From assembly GCA_051362555.1 (NCBI GenBank), contig CM120640.1, positions 28,110,503-28,174,502 on the forward strand: a stretch of DNA of 64,000 nt, read 5' to 3'. Below, piece by piece: positions 13,960 through 48,485 of this stretch; position 1 is the first letter of the stretch, and the number at the start of each line of letters is the position of its first letter. Under the pieces are notes generated by a model. That model searched no databases and had not been told where the DNA came from. It saw only the letters and a program-made list of their open reading frames with translations. The translations under genes and the position numbers were made by a program. Source of the DNA: Lingula anatina. Its lineage: Eukaryota > Animalia > Brachiopoda.

Positions 13960-14100
13960 TTACCTTTCTCACATTGTAAAGCAGAGGACTGCGTGGAGGA
14001 CTTCATTCACACCGGAAACTCAAGCAGGCGAATAAAATTGTGCGCATGTCGCTGCGGGAAAGAGGCTAAAATTTGTTTTCGTCTGTAGCCATCTTGAAAT
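13960..14100. promoter_or_regulatory. Putative bidirectional promoter shared by SHPRH (-) and akirin (+)
   Basis: Start codons only ~950 bp apart; probable SHPRH non-coding exon donor at 13963 and acceptor before 13442; ETS-like ACCGGAAA (14011), NRF1-like TGCGCATG (14041), YY1-like GCCATCTTG (14088); local CpG enrichment. Confidence 0.7.
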
Positions 14101-14299
14101 TTTCTTTTCGGAGTAGAGACGCTTTGAAATCTTTTTCATCGCTAAGTATTGTGATCTTAGGGAAACTTATTTTGGAGTGGTTCAGTTGCCTTTGGCATCA
14201 ATCTAACAATAGAACATATTTTTTATCAAGTTTGAATTTGATAGAAAACGTTTACGGTCAGCAAAGCCGTCGGTTGTTCCAGCGTCAGGACAACAAAAG

Positions 14300-16705
14300 A
14301 TGGCTTGTGCTACTTTGAAAAGAAGTCTGGATTTTGATCCTCTACACAGTCCTAGAACTCCAAAACGCAGAAGATGTATACCAATGACAATGTCACCTAC
14401 GACGCCTAACACAAAACAGCAGTGTAGCCAGTCGTCATTTTCTGATGTAGCCCCGAAAGTTACCCCAGGTGAGAAATCTTGAAAAGAATCGAGATAAATG
14501 AAGCTTCTGACAATGTTTATGTTTTTGCAGTTCTTCATTTCAAATTACTGATTGACTTTGAGATTTTGTACAGTCTTGAAAATGTAACAAATATAACTTA
14601 AAAATGTGACGTTGCTGTAAATATGTCTCAAAATTATGTACCAATGCAACTAACCTTTCCCTTTAATATGGGCACGATCATAATTATAGATAATCAAGGA
14701 AGGTGATGGTTAGCCAAGAGGGAAGTTCTGCAGGGAGTTAAAAGTTTAAACACAGTGCAAGATGCATTTTAAATGTGGTGCTCGGGTCTTATTAGGGAAT
14801 TAGGTTGTTAACTAACAGATGGCACACTGTTTTGTATGTACAAAATGTCATGATTGAATCATATTCTACGACTACAGATGAATTTCCATCGGAATACAAA
14901 ATGTCATGCTTATACAAGAAAGACCTACTTATAGGTATGGGTCATTGTAAAATGGCTTTCAGCTGGCAGTTCTCAACCTCTTACCTTCTCAAGTCACACA
15001 TTGCCAAAAAACCAACCAGTTTTGCTATCAATAGTGCTTTGAATGAATTCAGACAAATTTGTGTTACTAAATATTCCCACGTTAATTAATCATAAGCCCC
15101 ATCGCCATAGACTGATGATGTCTTAGAGTATGGGGTCATACGCTCATTGCTAAATCCATTGCTTACAATTCATACCAAGAAGTAGGTCAAAGTGTTACCG
15201 ATTGGGAAATGAAATTCTGCATATTAACTTGTAAGGGAAGTTACTTGGCCCACATGATCTTGAATGCAACTTTGAATTTGTTTTCAAGGACCCCAAGGAA
15301 ACTATTCAGATCTACTTCTTGCATTATAAAGTCAATTGAATTAGATAGTTTCAATTGGTATATGGGCACATTCCCAATGAAGCCTTTGCTGTATATCAGA
15401 TAAACTGAATGACATGTCTCATCTAGCAGCTAGGGGTTGGCTCTCTTTCCAACCCGCTCAGCTTCTGGAAGTTTTTTTCAATTTGTTTTGAGTGCAACCG
15501 AAGTCAGTTACCTCCTAGCTGCTGGAGGAGGCATGTGATTCAGTTCAACTGATTGCATTGATCTACATAAAACGTGTATCATTGGGAACGTGCTCTGTGA
15601 CTACATTTTTGCAAATGGTAGATAGTTTATCTCACAGTGCTGTTGTTGGTTGGCCGTGTGTGTGTGTGTGTGTGTGTTACTTGAGAAGATTATTGGTTAA
15701 CCGTTAGTAAAGAACTGATATCCCCTGGAATTGAGCAGATTTGCTGGCTGAACACTATTATAAAGTTATGTACATCTTTTGTATGTAAGCACCTATTTGC
15801 ATATCAACAACATAAATAGGAGTGATAAGTGTCCATAATGCTATCTCATCTCAAGGATTGTGGTGTAATATTGGAAGATGAGGTGCATGATTGAATCAGG
15901 TGGGGTGCATGATTGAATTTCTCCCTCAGATATAAAGCCTTACACCCCATTTCCATAGATTAGATCGACCTACTTTAGATCGACCTAACTCCCTGGGGGT
16001 TCACGCTAAATAGCTGTCAGCCGGGCGGACACGAAAGTGAATTACCCCCTTAAAGCTTGTAGTAGGCGGGACGGACATTTAAGTCAGATTATCTGAAAGT
16101 AATCTAGTGAGACTCCCCGCAGGGATAGATCCATCTAAAATCTATGGGAATAGAGCCTTAGACAAGTTGGCTATAGGAATTTTTAAGCAGTTGCTTCGTG
16201 GTGAGGTCAGGAGCTTTATAGTCATTGTGAAAATGCAATTTTGAACTTTTATTCTTAAATTACTGTTGAAATTAGTATTACAGGAAACAAAAAGGTAATA
16301 TAGTAAAAGTTCCACTCAGGTCTTCTGTTAACTGTTTATTATTAGTAGTATTAGTATTTTAATTTGATTTTTTATTTCAATTTTAGAGCAAATAGCTGCC
16401 AACATTCAGGCAGAAATCAAACGTTTGCAGCACAGACGTCAGCTTCACATGCCCCCTAGTCCACCACCTAACACAATCCATGAACAGCCTGCTGACAGCA
16501 CACATCAGGACCAGGACGCCTCTGTGCAATCATCCTCCAGATATTTCAATGCCCTTTCCCCAAGTAAGAAGGAAGTGCCTCTCTTCACTTTCAAACAAGT
16601 CAGCTTAATATGTGATAGAATGCTCAAAGAAAGGGAAGCCCAAATCAGAGAAGAATATGACAAAGTTCTCACTTGTAAAATGGCGGGTAAGTTTTGAAAA
16701 TCCCT

Positions 16706-16753
<48 letters not shown>

Positions 16754-17308
16754 TCAGTTTAATATATGATGTAGTCCTTAACTAAAACTCTTTTTCAACA
16801 TATAATCCTGTGTATTTAGTATTTATGGCTTTTGTCTATTTTCTTTACAAAGATTGATCATGTGTGCCCTAGTTTATTGTTCACATACAAGTATATCAAT
16901 ATTTAATGTGAGGGAAATGTCTATATAATAATATAGTTACAGAGAAGTGATGGAGTAGACCAAAAATCATGTTACTTCCTGTAGATCTCATTTACTGAAA
17001 ATAATATATGCCTTGTAAATATATATTTTTTTTATTATTTCAGAACAATATGAAGCTTTCCTGAAATTCAATCATGATCAAATCCAACGGCGATTTGTAG
17101 AACAGCCCGTAAGCTGTAAGTTCAGTTTGATGTTTTTACTACTGATTAATGTTATAATTACTACATGTACTGAACTGTTTCATATTAAATGCTAAATTGT
17201 TATGGGAGATAAACAGTGAACAGTGAGGTGTAAAATGAAGTTTCATAAGTGTATAATTCGACAGAATGTATTATTTCTTCTATTTTTTTCTTTACAGATG
17301 TGTCATAA
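14300..17308 (+). CDS. akirin: Akirin (183 aa). Exons 14300-14468, 16387-16686, 17044-17115, 17298-17308
   Basis: N-terminus [18 protein letters not shown]...PKRRRC (NLS), [45 protein letters not shown] and the C-terminal SYVS motif; 552 nt, phases consistent. Confidence 0.97.
15364..15595. mobile_element. Older foldback MITE (Harbinger-like termini) in akirin intron 1
   Basis: Outer IR GGGCACATTCCCAATGA / TCATTGGGAACGTGCTC; inner ~42-bp IR (ACTGAATGACATGTCTCATCTAGCAGCTAGG / CCTAGCTGCTGGAGGAGGCATGTGATTCAGT); flanks TAT / TGT, possibly a decayed TSD. Confidence 0.7.
15943..16157. mobile_element. MITE family A, copy 2 (215 bp)
   Basis: Collinear with 9179-9393 (GATCGACCTAACTCCCTGG..GTTCACGCTAAA..AATTACCCCCTTA..GGACATTTAAG..GACTCCCC); TTA flanks; more diverged TIRs. 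Confidence 0.88.
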
Positions 17309-20300
17309 GACAAATCTAATCTCGCAGAAGCAGGGAGGAATCACCAGGTGCTAAATATTCCTTAAAAACTATAACTTTTATTCATATCTGATGGAGGAAA
17401 GGACCTTTGATCAGTTTTTATGAAATGGAAAAAAACATTTGAAGTTTTTTTTTTAAGACAGGAAAAGAATCCACTTGTAACCAACAGACTTGATGTACAC
17501 AATGTGGAAATGCATGTTGCTTTTAATCTTTGTTCGTATTCTCGCAAAAGAAACAAGTATGGACCAAAAATGACCATAAAGAATGGTTAGTGTATATAAG
17601 ATTGTAGTATAAAGGATGAAAGTGATCATTTTGATGAAATAGCATTTTAGGATTTTTGAAGTAAGCAGGGTTATGATGCAGGTTATTGGGGGCTTATTCA
17701 GTTCATTTCATTTAAGACTAGTTGGAAAAAGCAATTGTATTGGTTTTAGTTGTTCTTAGACTTGTTTCATATTGAAAACGTGTTTCACACTGATCTGGAT
17801 TTATTTTTAAATGACTGATTTCTGGAACAGTGTTTGGTGTTAAAAAGTCACTTATACAAAGTGATAAATTCTCTCCTCTGATGTAATTCTCATATTAAAA
17901 AAAAAATTAAAATGCATATCTGGTGAATCATTTGTTACTAACAATAAGTCAGTCAAAGTTTTTGGACTGATTATTTTAAATACAGTGCTCTAAAGCTACA
18001 CTTCACTTGTATTAATTGATGGTTTCAAGAAGAAATGTTTTTTATTGGTCAAATTTCAGTTATGGCACTTAATTAAGAAGTAGCGTAAACAGTAGAACTT
18101 TAAAAGATATCTATTGAAAAAAAATATTTTTGATGTGCATTCCAGCAGAAATGGTGAGGGGGAATTATTTTTCATGTGCAAAGATTAATTTCTTATATTA
18201 TCCACCTGCAAATAGACCCCACTCTGTCTTCACTGGGATTGCATTGATAAGATATTTTTCAAAGTACATGCCTGAGTGAGGCATATCGAATATGTATTTT
18301 AGTAGCAGTGTATGATTAGCTTTCGTAGTTTCAGAGATATTGAGCATCACTGCTTATTGGTGCACTAAAACTGCAAGTAGTACTGCATCACTACCTTTCC
18401 TGTCTTAGAGCTAGCAGTAATGGAGCTAAAACCATGCACTGTAGACTTAATGCTCTAAGATGTTGACACCCATCTTCTAATGTTAGGGCCTAGTCATTAA
18501 TTTTGTAATTTACAGCCTTTGTGTTTGGAATTCTGGCATCATCAGGACAAAAAATGTGAATTCATCTGAATGTTGTAGAAAATTATGCAAAATCTATAGT
18601 TGTTGAAAGTGCCTGGTTAAAATATTTGGCTTCGAAATGACTATGATTATTAATCTACAAGTTAAACACTGGTTTAAGGACAGTGATTGCGTTATAGGTT
18701 TTCCAGTTTTATAAGCATTTGTCATTAGGTTTTCATTGCTTTCTACGTAGGATTTTAGGGTATTCGCACAATTTCAGTCATAAGTGCTTACCAGAGACCT
18801 GTTTCATGAAGCCTTAGCCTGTTACAGGGTTGGTTTGCCTTATCAACAATTTAAATGCACATAAAGATTGGTTGAACAACAATGTGTCCCCAATCTTTCG
18901 CTGTCAAGTGTTTTGAACCATCCCTGGACCTGTTGTATTTTTTTTTTCAGATTGAAATCTTTTGTTAACGATGTCACTGAAACTGCAGATAACAGAAAAA
19001 TATTTGTTATAAATAAAGTCGTTTCTTCAATACTTGTTGCTTATATTTAGTTGAGATTCTGTTGCAAATTTTTTTTTTTAATTATCTTCAAGTTTTTATT
19101 AAAAATGATAGAACCTCTTGTGCGACCTGTGAAATAAATGTACTTTTCAGATTTTTTGGAAACGCCTGTAGCTTCTGTGCTGTCGCAAATGATTAAGCCT
19201 AAAAGATCTGAGTGGCAGGTTCTCAATTTGGCAAAAAATGCTCCATTAAAATACGATCTTTTAAGCACTTTTCCTTAAGTGTAGGCCTTATCATTTTGTC
19301 TTTTTTATTTGCCAAAAAAAAAAAAAAAAAAAACAAATTTCCGCCAAATGCGTTTTGCAAAGAAAGTTTCAAAGGGGTTGCTCACTATCGCTTACTAGGT
19401 TTTCTGATGAACTGAATATTCAAGTAATAAAAACAAAACATCGCTCTAAACTAACTGTGCAAATTAGAAAGGTAACAAAAAAAGCAACAAATACTTCAAC
19501 TGTGGCGACGGGAATAATAAAAACTGCAGAACAATATGTTGATTCACAGAATGGCAAGAGTGGACCATGCATGCAATCTTGTTATTGAGATAAAACGTTA
19601 AAAATTTGCCAGTTTAATAATTGGATAACTGCAATTAAAAATAAGACATGGCTGGATTTGCAAATTTGTTAGGTAAAGCCTCAGATAAGATCTGTCATTA
19701 CCCGTGTGCACCTATGATATAAGTGCCCCAGGCTGCAATTCAGCTCGACACAAGCAAAACCTAATGAACTCTTCAAAGGATTGCTCAAAATACGAGAGCG
19801 AATTTTGTCGGTTGAGAACAAACTGTTTATTGCAGTAGCTGTGAACCCGCAAACGTCATTAAGAGGGCAAGGTCGATTTGTCCAGGTATATTAATACGCG
19901 AACTAATATGTTGCACAGTTGAAATATTAATCGTATGCGATCAATATTCTTTCAAATATTTGTTCATATTATTATATTCTGTATGAATTGTGATACAGCA
20001 TAAAAGTAGGGCACTCTTTGAAGGAACTATTTATTTAGGGTACGATTTTTCACGTGGGTGTAGTACAACCAATTACCGGCTCACCTGTTTAGCGAACGAC
20101 GGCCTAATCTACCACCCTAATCGGCATTAAAAACAGTTAAACTTGGTAAGTATTAAGTCACGGCAAGAGAGTGGTGTTCATAAGTAAAATAGACTTTACA
20201 GTTGCATAGTTTACACTTCGTCTCGCTGACCACTGAAAGTGAATTAAGTTGGTTCTGAATAATGTCATCAATGACTGAACTTCCTGATTAAGTGATTTCT

Positions 20301-22322
20301 AGTGAAAAGTCAACAGTTACCCATTCTCATATTGCGACAAACAATTGGGTGGGTACAGCGCGTGAAAGAATGCGCCACGCCTTTTATTTAACATGTTTAT
20401 AGACTGCAAAATGCGTCATCTTTGATAATAATAGATAGATCTTAGAATTTTGTTCCATGTGGATTTGGTTTGATTATCCTCATTCATTCAATTGTGTCTT
20501 TGTTTAATATAGAAACACAGTGTAATATGTGGAGACAATGTATATATATGTATGTTTGCTCTTTTATAAGGCATTTCATGGAAACAAATATTTTAAACAA
20601 ACTTAGATGCAGTACTAATAGAATTACTCAGCTATATGCCAGTACTTTTTAGGTAACTTGTGATTATTCATTATTGCCTTGGAATAAGCCACTTTTGTTT
20701 AAGCGAATATTAAACCATGACCAAATGAGATTATTAACAGCATAATATATTGTACAGTAATTTTGTTTGCACATATGTCTCATTCTAAGAATGCCCCTTA
20801 TCAAGGTCCTGCTGATAGATGGGTCATATAGTTGACACATGCTTTGAAGCATACTATCTAATCCAGAAGTAGACAGCTAAGTGTTAACCCCAAGTTTCTT
20901 TCTCTAAATGTCTCTGCAGTGGATAAGTTGGACTGGGCCTTGTGATTTAACTCAAGTTTGTATGTTATCTAATCACAAGATGTTTTATATCCGTACACAC
21001 AGTACGGTAGTATACTATTACTTCTGTTAGTCACTTCAAGATGAACAAAGTTTAATGACCATGTAGTACAGGTATAATACTGATTGTCCATTTGTCCATT
21101 AGCCATAATCAAACAAAGTATTATAAGTCCACAAGGTCAAATAATGGGCTGTACTGGTTATCAGTATCATAGCTAAGTCTATTGTTGAGTATCTTCTCAT
21201 ATTTCATTATTGCTATGACAGTTCTAAGATCTTCTTTGGTATTTGTGCATACCTGATGCATATTTATGTCTTATTTTCAAACCAGTGTCATTAACATATT
21301 AGCATCAGTAAAGATGAACTGGTTCACTTGGAATCATTATCTTAAAGTATTTTGATAAACTCTTTTCTGTTTGAAAGGAACAGTTCTACAATATTGTTTT
21401 CAGTATATGGTTGAAGGGGACTTATAAAGAAATCTGACACCTGTCCAGAAAATTCATTACACGAATTTTAGTTTTGTAAACTTATAATGAAAGAAAAAAA
21501 AAGATATAAAAGAACAAAATCAAATGTGGAATTATTTATTTAGGTAATATGTCCTATTTTATTCAGTCTTATTATAATGGCTTTTTTGTTTTCCCTTTAT
21601 ATTTATGGTTTAGTCATAAGTACTAGTATGGCCTAGTGATAGCATAAACCATATCATGAATTGACAGCCTGGTATCTAGGTTTCTTTTCCACATGAGGTT
21701 GCATGAATGATAATTATTTCTGTTTTTATGATAACAACTGTAGGGGCCATAAATCATATGTGCTGTTGAGTTGTTCATGACCTGCAAGTCCAGTTGTCTG
21801 GTTTATTTTAATTGTCATGCAAGAATATTTCCATATTTAATTTCATATATTTCATATATATATCACCATGGACTTTTGTTGCCTATTTGAACACGAGCTG
21901 TATAGAGTCTTTCATACTGTGTAGTTACATTAGTTTTTTTTTTTGCAAATTTGGTGTTGAGTAATATTAATTTATCAAAGGAGATTTAATGGCTTCAGTT
22001 TTAGAAATTTTATCAACCTATTTTGTTTAGGTTGAATCTTATGGCTTAATATCTCCCAGACTGTCTACTTATTTTCTAATTTTGAAGTGATGATTTAATA
22101 AATCATGTGGTCACCATAAATATGTCATCATTAATGTGCTTTGATAAAGTATTTTATTACACATCTACAGTTAATAGAAAGTGCAGTGATTTCTTCATAG
22201 CACAAGAATGACACCCGCCCTTCTGTATTTTTCTGATGAAAATCTTGCTTTATATCCTCTTACAATCAATGAATCAACAAGTATCTGCAAGCAGTGTGCC
22301 TTGAGGCAGACTGGTAGTTATG

Positions 22323-22348
22323 GTTGTCATGACATGTTGCTTGGCAAC
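22323..22348. promoter_or_regulatory. RFX X-box-like motifs upstream of the first myosin VI coding exon
   Basis: GTTGCTTGGCAAC (22336-22348) fits GTNRCY-N-RGYAAC; a degenerate GTTGTCATGACATG abuts it. Function is not demonstrated. Confidence 0.4.
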
Positions 22349-22565
22349 AGGGAAAGAAGACATGCAATTCTCACCTATATATCATAATTTCAGAGCCTGA
22401 AAATATTATGTGAAGAGTCTATAGCAAAGCTAGCAAGGGCACTTTCACTTCACTTCATTTATCTTCCATTGATGAGCTGTTTGAAAACCCTTTTGGTCTC
22501 GTGTTGTGGTGCTGAATTGATTGTCTTATTTTATTTGATTCAGGGATTCTTCCAGCAGCACCACC

Positions 22566-44182
<21,617 letters not shown>

Positions 44183-47100
44183 GTGCCATTATATGGAATA
44201 TGGTTAGATCCAGAGGCAAGGAGTCACAAAGTATGTAGAGCTTGAGTAGAATTGATATGTATCTTGTAGTTTGAGTCTTGTCTCTCATTTTCTTGTGTTC
44301 ATTTCACATGCACTAGATGGTATTTATTGAAGCTTTTGGCATGCATGAAGTGGCGTGTTAATTATTTTATGGACAGTGGTATTGAGTCGTTTTGTCAGTC
44401 ACTTTAATATTTGTAACTGTTTAACTGGAGACAAACAGGGATGAAAACTAGTGTTAAAAAGAATGAATAATGAGGTGGAAAAATGGGAAAGACAATCTTT
44501 TCACATAGACAAGGTAACAGAATGGTCATAGATATTATTAATGGCTTATATATTTTACATTGCAGTTTTATGAATACTTCAAGCTGTAGTCAGTTTTCTG
44601 CCATAAGATGAGACTATTTCAAGAAATTAACATTCTTTCCAGACGTGAATACTGTTGTGTACTCGGTGAGAATGAATGAATACCACTCGCATTAACTAGT
44701 GAGTTATAAACAACAGCAGCAGTGATATGGTCAGAAAAGTGGAGTTTTAGTTTGCAAAGCATTTTAGAAAGCCAGTGTTTTAAAATTGCTATTGGTGAAT
44801 GAAAGCACATTAGGGACACTTTTTATATTTGCCTAGTGCTTTTTAGAATACAAAGTTAATGTATCAAACTTTTTAGTTACAAATACTCCATGCAATACAT
44901 TATTTTTTGCTTTGATAAGGAATGATTCTTTGAAATTTTTCAGGGGTGTGGTCACTTGATTTTTAGAAAATTGATTCTAGTGTCAAACGCTTTGCTAGTT
45001 TTCTGTAATGTAAGGACAAACTAAAAAATTGCATTGATTTTAAACTTGAAAACTGTTTGAGTGTTATGCAACATCTCTATTTTTATAGAAATTATGCTTT
45101 AAAAAACTTACTTTAGGCAGTCCTCAATCTGCATGACAACTTGTGTACCTAATGTACCTTCAGAGCTCAAATGTAGAAAATGCAGTGATGCATATATATT
45201 GTACTTGTACGTACCATCTTTGACAGGTGGTGACATAAACTTGAACATGACAGATCTCAGCTCACAGTCAATATTATAACTGTGTAAAACAACTTAAATT
45301 ATTTCCATTCAACATGATATGTCAGAAAAACAGCTGCAGTCGGAATTGAGGGTGTCTTTTCTTAGTCAGTATTATATTTTAAAAGCATTAAAATATGTGT
45401 GAAGAAGTTTGTGGTCGGTGTCGTTATGTTAAAATCTGGGATCATTTGTGTGTTTCACAATTATAGATTGAAGTTGTTCAGTTGAACAGTTGTAAGTTAT
45501 TTTAATGTCTGTTGTGAAAATGAGACAAACTTCATTTGACAGAATTTTAAATATGTGATTTATATATTTTAAAAGATGTTTCTCATATATTAATCGGACA
45601 TTCCATTAATCAGAAATCAATTATGGGACCAATTATACGATCATGTTAAATCATAATTTTATGCGGACTCTACTTCAAGGATCAGTTGAAAATTGAATTA
45701 TTAATTTTTTGGTTTTAAATGTGATATTTTTCAATTGAGCAGAAATTGGATAAAGGGATACAGGCAGATCATGAATGATTATTCTGATAATGCATTACCT
45801 TTAGCATTTACTTTTAAGTGGCATTTGCAAGTTTCTCTATGGTTAATAAAAACATTCTGTATATGAAAGGCCTATTGTAATAGCACATTCATGGGTCTTT
45901 TTGATTCAACTATTCCAATGAAAATAGCAAGGAAAGGGCAAGTTTGCTTACCTGTGTAGTAATAGAAAAACTAAATTACTTTTCTTTAAATGTGTATTGT
46001 TATTTGTTGTCAGATATATTTATTGGTTACCAGGGAACAATTTGAGTGGTTGTGAATGATATAAAACATTCCTAGTAGAGTGATATCACAATATTAAAAT
46101 TTGTTTAATTTTGTAACTGCTACATCTTTAGTTCCCAATTCCCATACCATAAGAGGTCATTTAGTGCATTTGTTTTGCTCAGTATCAAGACTGTGACTGT
46201 ATTAGACATTTTAGCAGCATAATGATGAAATCAGATAGCAATGTCATAGATTTTTCTTTGATTTGTCAATCATTAAGGATGTGGTCAGAATCATTGGTAA
46301 AAGATTTGAAAAAGATAGCATATAATGGAATCTTATTAAGCCTTTATAACTATCATTCTATATTCAATGATGGATGCACTTTCACCATTATTATCAAATG
46401 TAAAAGTCTACCCTAATAAGCATGCAAATATCACTGGGTAATGCAATGAATGTCAAGTGAGAATAAACATCTGTTGTTGAAAAAAAGTTGTTCATTTGTT
46501 CTTTGAGCATTGCCAGATAATCCATTGAAATGTTTAAATGAAATTGATGCAAATATTGACCAGATAATTCCTCTTGATTATATTATCTACACAACGGGCT
46601 CTTGTTTCACAACAAACCAAATTATAAGTTTTTTCAAGTATGATTTAGAGCCATGAAAATTTGTACCAGCCTGCCTGCTGCATAGTCCAAGAACAAATAC
46701 AAGCAGTTCATGTCCACTAAGTTATTAATGGGAAGATTGTTTAGTGAATTTTTGTGACAAATCATGCATTTTCATATTATTATGTCACCTCAATTTTCTT
46801 TTGTATTGAGTGAGGATCATGAGTTAAAAACTTAAAAATTATACACTTAAACATGTTTGCTTGTACATGGGTGCCTTCCTTAACAATTTCACTTTTTGTT
46901 TAAGTGCCGTTTTCTATCAGTAAAATTAATCCATTTAAAGGGGGTTGTAACATGCTCCTGAGACAAAGGTGCTGAATATCTGAGTGTGAAGGTAAATAAA
47001 GTCTAAAACGACAATAAATAAATTATTTTAAAAAAAATACAAAATAATAAAAAAATAAAGAAGCTGAGAACTGACCCTTATAGGCTATAGTGATAAATAT

Positions 47101-47498
47101 CATGCTCATCATTAATCTTAATCATCATATAAACTTGACATTAATGATATCAAATGATATAGAAGATTTTTTATCTATTCCCAAGCTACTAGTACTAATG
47201 TATATAGCTCACGCAAAATATTTTGATTTTGTCGTTTAGAACAGCACATGAAGATATCAAAACATGGGTTACAAAATACATGCTTATTTTTGCCATCCAC
47301 AGCTTCTTATAAACCTTCTAGAGTGTACCTGACGCTGATACTTCGGAAGATTGTCGCTGGCTATAATGACTGGCCACTTATTTTAAACTAAATCAAGCTT
47401 TATTAATTTAATTAAAGGTAGAATTCAAATGCAGAAAGGGATAGTCCCATGGAGTTGCCCACGAACTGACAAGGGGTTTCCCCAAAAGGGTGAATTTC

Positions 47499-47716
47499 TG
47501 ACGTCATAAATCACGTGATATATCGGCCATGTTTTGGAGGTTGCAAAGTTTGAGGCTAGATTCGCCTCAAATTTTACCCTAAATGCACCGATTCTGATCC
47601 ATTTAAAGGTAGGAAAACAGTCTCAGACCAGTTGGACAGTACTGCTCATTGAATTCTGCGCCTGCATTTCCTCACAGACCAGTCATATCTCCGTAGTCTA
47701 GCGTTGCCAAGGCATG
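47499..47716 (+). promoter_or_regulatory. Putative promoter / 5' region of AGTPBP1-like gene
   Basis: Perfect CRE TGACGTCA (47499), E-box TCACGTGA (47511), YY1-like CGGCCATGTT (47524), X-box-like GTTGCCAAGGCATG (47703); candidate non-coding exon donors after 47608 and 47765; CpG-richer than flanks. Confidence 0.65.
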
Positions 47717-48485
47717 GCTTCCTCGGTCAACGGTCAAATCATCACAGCATGACCTCTAAGTACAGGTAAGCAGTTGGCGGCAGACGGTCCAGTTATGAAC
47801 CAAGCCGCGTCGATAAAAGATGATCAGCACACCTGTTTTCATTGCAACATTTTTATCGTTTTTTTTTATTTCAATGACCAGATGGGTATGGTAGTAATAA
47901 ATGGGTCTTAACAGATTTCTTGCAGTGCACAATAATAATTGACGTTATTAGGTAATATTTATTGGTTTTATTACACATAATTGAGTTGTAAGGTTGTTTT
48001 TTCAATGGTTGAGAAATCTGTTGTACTTAAAAAGGTGCAGTGATTATTGAAAATCTAATGGATAAATTATGCAGAATTAACAGATAGATACATCTTTGCA
48101 ATCTTGCAAATGGAATGTATTGAAATATATTTGTTACCTTGAAGTAAATCTAACTGGTTGCATGATGCTTCTCTGTAACAGAGTATTTTCTGGCTTTTTT
48201 TTTAAGAATGGAAATATTCATAAACAGCACACATATTCAATATAGCCCCTAAAATTAAAAGTTTGTTATTATTACATGTAGATGTATACATGTAGTACTT
48301 CTTTTTTTTTGTAATTTACTTCTTCTCATACAATTTTTCTATTTTTCTGTGTATAATTACATATTTCACTTTTATACTAAAACCTTTGCTCTTTGGTCAA
48401 TTAATTATGCTTTGAATGTTGTGCCTGCATGTCAATCCTTATTTCAGATCTTCATTAGATGGCGGGTTAAGATCTAGATGCTGAA

